Part shown: positions 37,311 to 50,100 of the stretch, one piece after another
Layout: the number at the start of each line of letters is the position of its first letter
Position numbering within the stretch: position 1 is the first letter of the stretch
From: Diadema antillarum
Taxonomy: Eukaryota
Reading direction: 5' to 3'
DNA length: 64,000 bases
Assembly (NCBI RefSeq): GCF_040938485.1
Contig: NW_027271669.1
Coordinates: 496,001-560,000, forward strand
Translations under genes and position numbers: made by a program
Notes under the pieces: model-generated
Told to the model about the DNA's origin: nothing
Databases searched by the model: none
What the model saw: the letters and a program-made list of their open reading frames with translations, nothing else

Positions 37311-39881
37311 TTACGTACTTCGCACACGGGAATTATAAACCTTACAGCAAAGCCATGAAAACCGTTTATAGTCAATGGGCGATTCGTCTAAAGAAAGTTT
37401 TGTTTTAGTTACTCTGTTAAGTCATGGAATGCCGATGTAAAATTAAAAAGGCATATCATTCATGCAATACTTCGCAGGCAAGGAATATTGTAAGCCTTTG
37501 AGCAAAGCAATGAAAACCATCACGGGCGTTTTGTGTAAATTTAAGCAAAGGAATATGACCAAAACACGCCATATACAAAATGACAAGGACGACTGTTTCG
37601 AATTGTCCGTAGGCTATAATCATATCTAACGGCCGAAGCATGATTGTTACGTGATAGACCTATCATCCCATGCCACAAGTATTCAAATTGTTAATACACC
37701 GTTGTTTGTTTCTTTGTTTGTTTTTGGTTTGTTTGTTGTTGTTTTTTTTACTGGAAACGTTTAGACTTTTTGGTTATCAATAAGTGTTATGACTACATAT
37801 AGTTATGAATATCCATGGGGCCTTTTTTTGCGCACATCTTCTCTAATTTTCCGTATACAAAACAAGTCATTCCTTTTCAGAAGATTTCAGACTTATATTA
37901 GTTACCCTATAATAGTAACCTACTTCCCTGCAAGCCATAGTTACACCGCCGTGCGCCTCTCTGCCAAACGTTCCGCTCAGATCTTTACCATGCACCGAGT
38001 AAGTATTATGTTATTCTATTATACACATCAAGCAGAAAAAGGCGCTGCTAACCAAGGGTCCTACTCAGAGAAGGACACCCGTGCTATTATCCTGCACCTA
38101 TTATGTGTAAAGGACACTCTAATAATACATGGCAAGGAAAAATAGAGTCCTTTTCTGTAAAGGGACTCTACGGGAAAGCAGACCACGGCGCCCCACCATG
38201 CTCATATCGCGTTATGTTTACTGTTTGCTGTCCGCCAAGCGCAGTATACAAAGTGATGTATTAATAATTGGATGAAAAATGACAGCACTTGACGGTACAT
38301 GCAGATCGACGAGTGATCAGCTCCAAGGACGTAGACATGCAGTTGTATTCTGTAAACCCGGAGAAGAACATCATGGCGATTAATGTCTATCAAATGAAGA
38401 GTTCCCTCATTACCTAAAATAGCGCCTATGAGTCACGATTCCTTGCTGTTCGCATCCGCAGAGAAAATGAGATGTCATATGCATGTCGTCGGCTGCTCTG
38501 TAGAACCGTCTGCTACGGTGCATATTGTGTGCAATGGGTGGGTTCAAACGTCAGTTTGGCTCGCCTGCACCTGTAACGTTATCATTTAGCTCGACCCTAT
38601 ACGATGGTTAATACTGTCACACATACCAAGCACTGTCAAAATGCCATATAATCTGCAAAAATAACTGAAACAGCACATTTCATTTCAGATATACTCACGT
38701 TTTATGTTGACTTCGCCATAGATCGAGGCCCGCCCGCTAGCTTGTTTGCCGTCAGTGTGTAGCGGCGTTTCCGTGCGGCGCTGTCATAATTACGTATTCG
38801 CGCTTGAAGGTCACTTTCACTCCGGTGGTCAATGCAAAGACTGTATGCTATTTTCATGTTTTAAAGGGACCCAATGGAAGCTACCGCATACAAGAGAGAT
38901 TTGCCCAAGCATGGCAGTTACTATAATAGGTACCAAGCAAGCAGCAGTACGAATAGAAAGAATCATCTGGTATAATAGGAGCTGTTTTTCTCTGCTTCAC
39001 ACAGTATTATCACATACTCTGCCCTAGCTATAGCTGATTTGCGTGCATCCGGGAATTTCATCACTAAATATGATCATGCTAATTCAGGTATTTACTGAGT
39101 TACCAATACAGTGAGTAACCATGATTTCTGCCACATCGAACCATTCAAATCTAAAGGTAACGGTCTAGAAGCTGTAACACCTTTTCTCTTTTAGACAAGA
39201 AAATTAATGTTTTTATGTGCCATGAAAACATCAATTATACATAATCTTAAACACTGTTGAATTCAAAGTGTATACTAATGCAAAAAGTGTCATGTTGTAA
39301 TTGAGTTTGTTTCACACTATACGTATACGTTCGCCAATACTGTATCTGTGTGATTATAATTCCGTTTCAATAAGACAACCTTATAAGGTTGAAATTCAAC
39401 TTTGCCTGTCGTTCAAATCCTGTTTCTTATGAATATAGGGGCCTATAGTGTGAGGTGTTTCTAAAATTACACATAATTATCATCATTGTAATAAACATCT
39501 TAATAATATCAGTAATTGTTAATGTAAACCTCGCATATTTTTTTCAGCAAACAATAGAACTTGCACTATATGGTTACTTTGATGACATGCACCAGTAATT
39601 ATACTGTGGCTCTAAATCTACAAACCTCCCAAGACATTTATCACTTAAAAACTAAGAAAAACTGAATAATTTCACAAGACAACCATCTTGTGTTGTTTCT
39701 TCCACATTAAACGATTTTTTTTTAAATAAACCTATATAATATTTACAAATACAATTCGATTCAATCCATTTCAGTTGAGCTTAGAAATGAAATATAACAC
39801 AATTCCTTGCAACTTATACTGCCTTATATATCCTTACATATTTCAGCTAAGCTAAGCTCTTTGGTCAGACCCAGCCACTAA

Positions 39882-40044
39882 CAGGGGCGGATCCAGGGAG
39901 GACTGCAACCGGCGCACGCCCCCCCCCCTTTATTTTTTGTTGAAACAAAAGAAATAAAAAGAAAAAATGGGGGAGAGGTGCATGCGCCCCCCTTTTATTT
40001 TGTAAACACGTCCCCTCTTTACGGAATTCCTGGATCCACCCCTG
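39882..40044 (-). mobile_element. About 160-bp GGCGGATCC MITE, copy 2
   Basis: Same family as 29641-29798 in the opposite orientation. Flanked by the direct repeat CACTAA (39876-39881, 40045-40050). Confidence 0.8.
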
Positions 40045-41107
40045 CACTAAGGCCTTCAAAATCACTAACCTCGCCAGAGAGCTAACCCATACACACTCCC
40101 AACACCATGCTTTTTCTCTTTCTCACGCACATTTTTTTTTTTTTTTTTTTTTTTGCGTTTTGATCGGGGAGCATAATTATCTCAATCTCTGAAATGATCA
40201 CGACGTTTATACTTGAGTTACCTTTTGGAGCCATGGTTTTTATTGTCAAACTCTTCAAAACTACAGATGGCGCTCCAGCACTTGACACACGATCTGATGG
40301 CCATCAAAATACAAAAAATGAGCAATGTAACCTTAAAGCAAGGCTTGAGCGATGGCTCAGTAGGCCCTATAGCTATTACGCTTGGCTTAGGCCCCTCCCT
40401 GGTATTTTTTTTTTTAAAGAATTCCTTTATTAAGTGTCCACCGTTAATAAAAATTATTGAGCATAGTACAGCAGAAAACAATGTAGGGCCTTTATGAATT
40501 AACCTGTTAACCAACGCACATACAATCTTGAATTGTTCATAAAGTAAATTGAAATCCATCGTCTGTTGTTTTTGTTTGTCTTGTTTAGTTCTTATGTTAT
40601 GATATCACAGTGCCTACATCGACTTTAGGCAATTGCGGCACAATGCCTGAGTTCATAACGACTGATAAGTTCGAATACATAGGCGTCATAATACATACTT
40701 GTTTTATTGCTTGTTGTATTTCATACCAAAATGATTGCGTTTTAATTTTATTGTCAACGTCATTATTCTTAATATCAAAACTTTTACCTCCGTATGCCAT
40801 TATTCTTTTTTATGCTTTCATTTAAATATTTTTTTTTCTCATAGCCACAACAAGAAAAACAAAAAAGGAAAAATATTGCCTCATATTATTATGTGACGCT
40901 TGCAAAGTTTATAGCGCGAAGAGTTTTAAGTTCGGAATGTTCATGATGCCGAATGGGATGGCGGAAGCTAAATCAATTGCTCACGTGAGTCCATTTGAGT
41001 TTGGTTGCACGAATCTGGTCGTAAAAGCTGAATTTGTCTTTTTCCAGCTGTTGTTTTTTTTTTCAAACACACTTATTTATTGAAAATATCAAAGACGATT
41101 GTTGCTG

Positions 41108-44100
41108 TCAGATATTATGCTTGACAAAACTGACAAAATCCACTGTCATCTCCTCCCCAACATGAAATTTAAATGGATACAAAACGTACATCACTGCGTG
41201 AAAACCCGACTCGTAGTCTTTCCATGTAGTCTTCACGCCAGCAGCTTCCAGTCGATTGGCGTAGAATATGCCGTCGTCTCGTACGGAGTCAAATCCGCAA
41301 GTCGCAATAAAGGCTGGCGGGAGACCAGTCAAGTCTTCGCGGAACAGAGGTGCCCAGCGCGGATCCAGGTATGTACGCTCAATGAATCTCCAGAAGGTTG
41401 CATTTCCCGCGTCATTTGAGCACTGCGCTGGGGACACGTAGTTTACCACTTGTTTCCGCTTTGACTCTGGGATAATGTCATGGCTGATGTATTTCAAGAA
41501 TGTTGTGTTTTCCCCGGAAGACGCCCTGTAGTGCTGGTTGGAAACAAGCTGACCAATATAAGCTGGGTCCAGCCTCCCCTGATGGTACATGCTGCAGAAC
41601 GCTGCAACTCGCTTCGCAGGTAAGATCCCCTGGTCCCCGAAAGCCTCGTCGTATTTCTGATATGACGGTGTTTGAAAGTCCATCGTCTGCGTGGCGGGAT
41701 AAACAAGAACTTGGAGCTTCAAATCTGGCAGGGAATCGTCATCATGGATAATCTGCGTAACGACGGCGGAGAGTTGACCGCCGGCGCTGTCGCCAGAGAT
41801 GCCGATACGTTTGGAGTCGAGTCCAAACTCGGAGGCGTGTCGAAGGAGGTACCTGGTGGCCGCCAGGCAGTCATCGAGTCCCGCCGGGAATGGGTGTTCG
41901 GGACTCAGACGATAGCTATGAGGAAAATTACATCATGCCAGAATGTTAATATTCAAGGCAAATTAGAGTAATGAGCAAATTTGCTACGAAAAATGTTATC
42001 AAAGTTGTATGAAAGTTGTATGAAAAAGTAATGCAGAAATAAAATGAAATCAATTAAATCAAATCTAACTTTAAAATTCACTGCATGTCACACAAGGTTT
42101 AGACAACGGTTACTCTAAAAAAAAGAGAAACTTTTCGTTTTCTAACGAAGGGGCAAGAATTGAGAGAGGTAATGGCAGTCACAGCTAAATAGACTTGTAC
42201 CAAAATGTATAATGAGATGGAGATGTCTAAACATTACCATCTCCTTTTCCCCTGTGATGTTTTCCTCTTTGATACCGATAGATGTCTTCCAGTAACCCAA
42301 CAAGGAACCACTGCTATGGCTATCGTTATGTTAGTGTACTCGTGATTTGAAAAGTGCGTGAAATAATTATAACTTTTATTATTACCACATCAGACAATTA
42401 TAACTTTGTATCAAATCATATTCCTTTTAGACAAAGCACCATGAACGTCACAATTTATTTTAAAAAGGAGATCAGTTTGCCCCTCCCCTAACCCCCCAAA
42501 ATGAACAATTAAGAACTAAATCACTTATCACCTTGCATATTGACGATTTGTTTCAATCAAAATTCTTACACGGACACCATTTCACTGCTATATTCACCAT
42601 AAATGTAGTCTCAGGTTCTCATCTCCCTCGAGTATTTACTTATTTATTCATTCATTTATATATTTATTTATTTACATATCTATTTATTTATATATTTATA
42701 TATGATACTCATTTATCTATTTATTCATTCAGTCATTTAGGTTTCCTCTTCTTCTTCTTCTTCTTCTATACTTCACTGACTAGAAGAACGTCTTCAAGGG
42801 AGGCATGCCAATTGCATAGTCATTCACCCCGAAAAAAGGTACACAGGTTGAGTGGATTGATCCACACACACATTGCTTTCTATTTATGATTACATGGTTT
42901 ATCTAATGTTTAGACAACGGTATTGGCAAAAATTCTTATCTACTGTGAGCTCACTCGATAGACACCACGAACATGTCGAGACGCTCCGCCAGGCCCCGGG
43001 CGAACTTATCGTAGCTATCTGTGCACAGAGGAAACGTGGACGCGTATCAATAACAGATCGATTATTAATCTATCAAAATATTATTATCATCTTTATATCA
43101 TAAATTATTATAATTACACATGCATGTGGATGCCGTTGCATTGTATTTAAATTCATGTGTATGATGTGCTTACTCGCAAATTACGACGCTATTGCATACC
43201 TACTTTGAAAGAGAATCGATAAAAAAGTACCAGAACATGAAAAATGTGACAGCTTTTTCATGTCACAATAGCTTATCATAAATACACGTTTGTGCATAAT
43301 ATGATGTTGTTAACTGGAAAAGAGCATGGCTAATGACGTAATAAAACTGAATACATCAAATTTTCCCACCTCGTTTTCTTTTAACGTCGTCATAATCACT
43401 GTTATTTTTTTTTATAGTTTGTCTTTGATAATTTACAATATCAAACGATAACATAATGTTTCTACAGTGGGAATCATATCACATTATTGCCTTTTCCGGT
43501 AGAGTTACTAGAGTAGACCTATATATGACTGGGTTGTCATACTATTTTTCATGAATTTTCAATGTTAGGCCTCCAGTGGAATGAGAATTTATCAGCATAA
43601 TAGATTATGTATAAAAATAGGTAAAATGAAAGAGACTCAAACCTGCCGAGCCCAGTGCGAACCCTCCTCCGTGAATGAAGATTAGACCCGGAAGTGAACT
43701 TTTCCCTTTCACTATAGTTTCATAGACGCGGACCCTAACCCCATCGAAGTCCGTGACCTTTGACCTAATGTTTGAACCCGGAACTTCCGAGGGTAGAGGA
43801 AAGTTGGGGATGTTTCGAACCGCCCTCACGGCCTGGATGTAGGCATTCTCGCTATCCGGATGGAAGTATGCATTTAGTCTTCCCTGCAAGACAAAAGGCG
43901 GAGGGATGATGTAGGCTATCAATATCAATGGAACACTCGGTCCTTTATGTCGCTCTCCAGTGTCTTTGACATAGATTCAGGACGCGATAAAGTGCATCAG
44001 AACGGGATACTGTACGCGACAAGCTTACACTTGCTACTCTCTAAAAAATTTCGAGTGAATAATTCACTCCTCGGAAGGAGTGAATAAAATTTCACTCAAT

Positions 44101-47100
44101 TAAGAGTGACTTTCACTCGTTGTCGAGTGAATTTCACTCTTGTAACGAGTGAAATTTGTGTGAAACCCATTCGCCGAGTGAATTCCGAGTGAAAATTAAG
44201 CCGAGTGAATTCCGAGTGAATACATAATTAAACGCATTTGGCTAGGCCAATAGAAATTGAGAATTCCCCTGTCATGTGTTTACTCTAAGCCAATCACCAG
44301 CCGCAAATTCCCCTGGCTTGGGCGCGAGCAGGTTTACCTGAACAGCGACGCGTCGCCTGTGCGTGGACTGTGTGCAATTGCGCGCTGTGTGCTAGCTGTG
44401 CGTGTATTATGCATAGGGTCACAAATTTACGTGCGTGTAGTGTAAGTGCAGTCGTGAGAATCTGAGCCTGGATGTCGTGATGGACGTGAGAAAATGTCTG
44501 TCTTCAAATTGAGTGGGGCGGAGATATCATTCACATTTTTGAAGGTAAGCAAACCATAGATCGATCTAATTATAACTTGTTGAGTTTTTTTTCAGCATTA
44601 CGGGCTAGTCTAACGTTATACCTCTCCGTAAACGACCATAAGTAAGTTGATACCTTTAGGGTTCTATACGAATAACCCCGGGCCGCCCGTGGCACAGTTA
44701 GCTATGGGGCTGGTCTAACTGCGACCAGCAGCCCCAACGTACAACGTACAGTGTTGGCCCGCCGCAGAGCGGCGGGTCTCCGGGGCTATAGGGCTGGTCA
44801 TACCATAGAACACCTTACGAACAGCAAGAATCCGAGGCCGAAACTCAACTGGTACACACCACTAGGTGTTGGGATCTAATAATACGTTGAGTCTTTAGAC
44901 TTTAGTTTAATTGTACACGTTGGGATCTAGGGCTTGAACTATTCAAAAAAAAAAAATGAGTGATGAATGAAACGTTGGTCGTTAGCCATTGAATTGACAT
45001 TCGTTAAAGCATAATATCATCACATAACTATACAAAGCCCAGTCGCTGTACGTAGGTACGTCTTTACTCTTAATGTACAGCGACTGGGCTGTGTATAGTT
45101 AATCATCACACAGAGATTACTGTGGTCGAGTGCAGAGATCGAACTTTAACTGTTACTAAGCTGTGCTAATTAAAGCAATAGATTAGAAGCGCCTAGCGCC
45201 AGACACGTACTCTACATGGCTATTGTTGAGTTGACAGCCGAATCACTGACACTGGTCTGTGTTGCCAGATGTCATGAGATGGTGATATCGATCAGTACGG
45301 TAATAAATAATGGTGAAATTTGGTGATGTATGATTATTGTTCATTATATACACTGTATGTAGTAAAAAGGACTTTTATTTGCCGCTACATTCGAGCATCC
45401 AAACAGCTGGGAGAATACCACGTACACTATAGCTCCCACGTCATGTGTCGTGATCATCTACTACTGTACTAGGTAAGAAGTATGATGCGTGTACTGTTCG
45501 TGTTAAGTGTTGGTCCACTGTGACATCACACTCCTAGGTGAAGATCAGCGTGCTCACACATCATGGAGATCGATCCCCCTTGTAGCAGACGATGACTGGT
45601 ATTATTTTCAACATTGTTTTTTCATGAAAGTTACAGGTGACCTTAGGTACCGGTATTGAAATTTGGCAGAGATCATCTTTGGGTCTTTAATTCTAACATT
45701 AAATATGCTGATGTAGCTAAAAAAGTAATTAGGCCTACTAGCTTTTGTATTGGTGCTCACTTAGTATTTGTGTGGACAAAACAACTGCATAATTATTGTC
45801 TTGTGGAAATGAGTTCTAAATCCCTTTCTGAACCTTGTGTTTTCATACTTTCCTCCAGATAAAGACGTAGACATGACAGCTCTTTGGGAGTGATGGTGAT
45901 TTAAAGGAACTCGGTGTAGGGGTCATCATTTGGAGAACAAAGACAGATATTGATAGCTGTACAGTCTCTGTCACACGAAGAGGGTGCAGATCACCAGATT
46001 GCAAAGTACCAGATGTGGTCAACGACTAGCCATTGAATTCAGGGTTGACGAATGCTGGAAACACCGGGCCAACATCAGCGAAGGAGCCTCTGAGATATGG
46101 ACTTCCATTGCATTAACCCTGCTGTAAGCTATTCTGTTGTTTTCAATTATGATTAATGAAGGGAGACTAGTTTGAAATTGATTTATATTTATTTTACATT
46201 CTGGAGTCTTAGTAATTACATAAGAGGCTACATTAAGAGACTGAATGCTTGGTTGGTTTTATTTTGTTTGAAGAAATGATTTTCAAGATACTTCATGGAG
46301 CAGTTTTGGAGCTGTCCTTCCCTCTGAAAATGAATGTCTTGACAGGTTAGTACTTGTATTTAAGAAAAATGTGTACCGTGTACTTGCCGTATCGACAGAA
46401 GTGAAAACCATGTTATGGTCAGTCTTGAGTTGTGTAAGTAGAGCTGTTGCTTATGTCAAATATGTATGTTAAATGATTTTGCTCTTCAAGTTTATAATGT
46501 AAACTGGAGGAACCTACTATCCTCATGCCATTAGTATTATTCATAAAACCATTAAATTTTACTTATTTGCCCAGGAATTCAACACACACATCACTTCAAG
46601 GGGGAAGAGATACTTCAAAAGCTGAGGGAAGGAGTTCTGACTGTTCCGAGGAGACATCTGCACACCCAGATCATTGCAGCATATTTGTTGTTGAAAATGG
46701 AAGCAGAAAACTGTACAGCGTAAGTTCAGTTATTTAAAATATCATTATTATTCATATATTATATTATCATAATTATTGAAAATTGGTCTGGAATACCAGT
46801 TTCCCATTGTCATGTCTTGTACTACATTTCCATCCAATATATAACCATGTAATTTGCCTGTTCATTTTGTTTTTTGTTTTTTTTTTGGTCTTCTGAAGTA
46901 TAGAGAAAAGCAGACTAAAATTTGCCCCCCCCCCCAAAAAAAAAAAAAAAAAAAAAAGAAGAAGAAAGAAAGTAGAAGGGACCGGTAAGTATAACATTGT
47001 TAATGAAGTGATGGTTATAGATTTAAAAATAAAGACTGGTATACTTGTATGAGACATGTAAACAGAGTGTACGTACAAGACTCCACGCTGACTTATTTTC

Positions 47101-50100
47101 TTGGTAGCCCCATCGGGCCACATGTATATTGACTTGATAATAGTCCTAATACTTATGATTTAATCATCACAATGATTAATAAAAAAGTGGGAGTTGATGT
47201 GCCATGAAGTTCAATGGATAATCACATCTTGTATAAATTTTTCTACTAATTGTGCACATTCACACTTAACCTATCTGCATGAAGTTTTCATATGTATTAA
47301 CTGATATCTGGCTCAAGTAGCAATAAATGTACTTGAAACAGTGGTACTGAATAGCAATAGAAATTAATGCCAAGAAAAAAAAAAAACATAAAAATAGTTC
47401 AGCCCCTTAAAAGATTAAAATGAGGGCCAAATTTTTGATGTTATATATTTGCGTCCTAGAATATGATTAACATTCTTCTTGCTTTCTTTTTAAATTCAGA
47501 TACCAAGTAGTGAGCAAAGGATGTTGTAGCCAAGGCTGTTGCGATGCAGTACCCCACTTTGTGAGACACCACTCAAGGTGCAAAAGGACATGTAAGTTTA
47601 TACTCGTAAGTTTATGTGATCTACAACTTTTTTTAGCCCTCTTTAGCAGAAAGCTAAAGTGACATACCTTGTAACATGGTATCTTATTCATCTAGCTTGC
47701 AAAAACTTCAACATTTTCAACTTTTCTCAAGAGCTAGTGGACAGAATTAAGCAACCAAACGAGGAGTTGATCATCCTTGTTTAGTTAGGGGGCAAGGACC
47801 CAAAGTTTTTCAGGTTATGGGCATGACCCCCCCCCCCCCCCCCCCAAAAAAAAAAAAAAAAAAATGGCCTTTACAGGGAAATTGCATCTATTTCTTAATT
47901 AACTCATTGTGCAAATATACAGGCAATGTGGGGACTTTTTATAATCTTTGATGTACCTTCTCATAGATGTCTAATAAAGTTGTGTGCAGATTGGCCTGAT
48001 TCCATGACTTATGTTCGATAAACGTTAACTTCAACGTAACGTAATGTAACTTAAGTTCCAACATGCCAGTTGCGCCGTTCATTTATAATAAACCTATTCT
48101 CGTTTTCTTCCATAAGAATGCCACTACATGTATTTCTACTGCTATCAGATCTTCATCAGTTATAGTCAACTCTGTGCCAAAGTCAAATTTGTTGAGACTC
48201 AAGAAAAAGCTTTGACTTACAATGCATTCTTATATTTCAGGAGTATACCTGTATGGCAAGGATCATGGATTCATTGAGTATCGTTTGAAGACCTTGAGGA
48301 GCTATGACACCACTCATCACCTCAGGCAGAGAGAGAGAGAGTAGTTGCAGCTCCCACCAAGCCCCTGACCGAGCACCATTCCATCATTAGATAAGAAGCC
48401 CAATGAGAAGAGACAGCTACCATCGGTGTATAGGTCTAAATACCCTTGCTTTTTCCTCTTTTGAGATACAGTATATGCTCCTCTGACGTTGGAACTTACA
48501 TTCTTGCTGAAGAGTCAGCCTCATCAGGCTCAGCGGTAGTTTAGCATGAAGCTGTTACCAGGATGTACTGCAGCACGTCAACATTAAAAGTAGAACAGGG
48601 CTCGCCGATGAAAAGAGTTTGTTGCATAGAATGTGTGATTGTTAATGGTTTAAATTGTTGATTGTTGTATATACTAGTAACTGAAAATAGTTTTGACTTA
48701 TATAGTCAAGAAAAAATCTCCTCTTCATGGCCACATGTTAATCAATACATTCATCTGTAAGGTGTTCCAAGCATATGAAAGAATGATTAAGCACCCCCTT
48801 CTCTCCAGGCAATTCTGACTTGCTTTAATAAAACCTTTTTATGGTCTAATATTCAAGAGAGAAAACTGTTGACAGACACTCGTATGTATTTTTTTTCTTT
48901 CCCTCATTTTTTTTTTTTTTTTTTTTGGGCGGGGGAATGCTACAAATAGCAGCTAAATAGTAGAATCTTCCAATGGTCATCCATGCTCTTGGGATGAAGA
49001 TCATGTCTCCATGTTGTGATTAAGTTACCACATACATTTGTCACCCCTTTGATTAACAGTAATGCAGTACAATATGCATGTGCTCAAATTTATTGAATTC
49101 ATCTTCTTTGGAGTAGAGGGAAAAATCTATAAAAAAAAATAAAACAAAATTGATGGGAATCATTGATCTCTAGGGTTACGGGACCCAGAGTTATTTTGTA
49201 CATTTTCACCTTTGTGTAATTGATGTACTGTACTTTGAAAAACTTGTGGGTAGAAGCTCAATTGGTTCAACTTCTTTTTCCACGAAACATCTGCAGCCCA
49301 TCATTGATAAATCCACGGCATTAGAGTAGATGGAGCCAAATAGATTAGTTCACTAATGTGCCAAGTCAAACTTATGGATAATTCTTCCCTTGACCTCATA
49401 ACAAATTATTAAGATAACCTGCAACTGACAATCATATTTTGTTATAGAGTGTTAGCAGTGATGTCACAATTGCCCACCATAAGGCTGCGTTCACATAGAA
49501 GTATACTATTTGGGTATTCGGGGCTCGTTTTCGAGGGCACGCGAATAGCTTGAATCGAATGATAGGATTTCTTAACACCGGTTCACATAAGAGGGCACTA
49601 TTTGAATGTACCGAATAGCATAGAATAGTGTAGCAAAGTGGGAATCGAGCTTGTTCGATTTTCCTGCAGCGTATACCGTCTCACGTTTATGAAATAATGA
49701 CAATTTTGGTCTGGATTTGCCCTTTAGCGAAAATAAGCATGTAGACTGACATTCTGATGCAGTTTAGAAATTGTTAATAAGATTTGCTGGGATGTAGGAG
49801 GAAGAAATCCTCACTGCATGGGATGGCAAGTTCACGGTGAGGGTGATGGTGTGCTGGGTGCCCAAATAGCGAATAGCGAATAGCGAATACCGTATACCGT
49901 ATATTGTACAGATGTACTTCTATGTGAACGCAGCCTAATGAAGTCAATTGCCTAAACTGACTAGAAATCAAGACTGCATACAAAAGCTGCAGCAATGTTT
50001 ACTTCAGGGAAACCTAACGCAAAAGAACACCTTTGTTAGAGAGGCATGCATGAATGAATATTGATCGCCTTTGCTATGGAAGCCACCATTATGGTGGCCA

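Noticed and set aside
38290-38420. Short open frame VHADRRVISSKDVDMQLYSVNPEKNIMAINVYQMKSSLIT on +
   Set aside because: Codon-like composition but no recognisable homology, start or splice context.
44053-44222. GAGTGAA arrays (also 52250-52520) and the 16-17-bp array at 2439-2546 as CRISPR-like repeats
   Set aside because: The repeats are too short and irregularly spaced, with no unique 30-40-nt spacers or cas genes. The context is eukaryotic and they are explained as transposon substructures.
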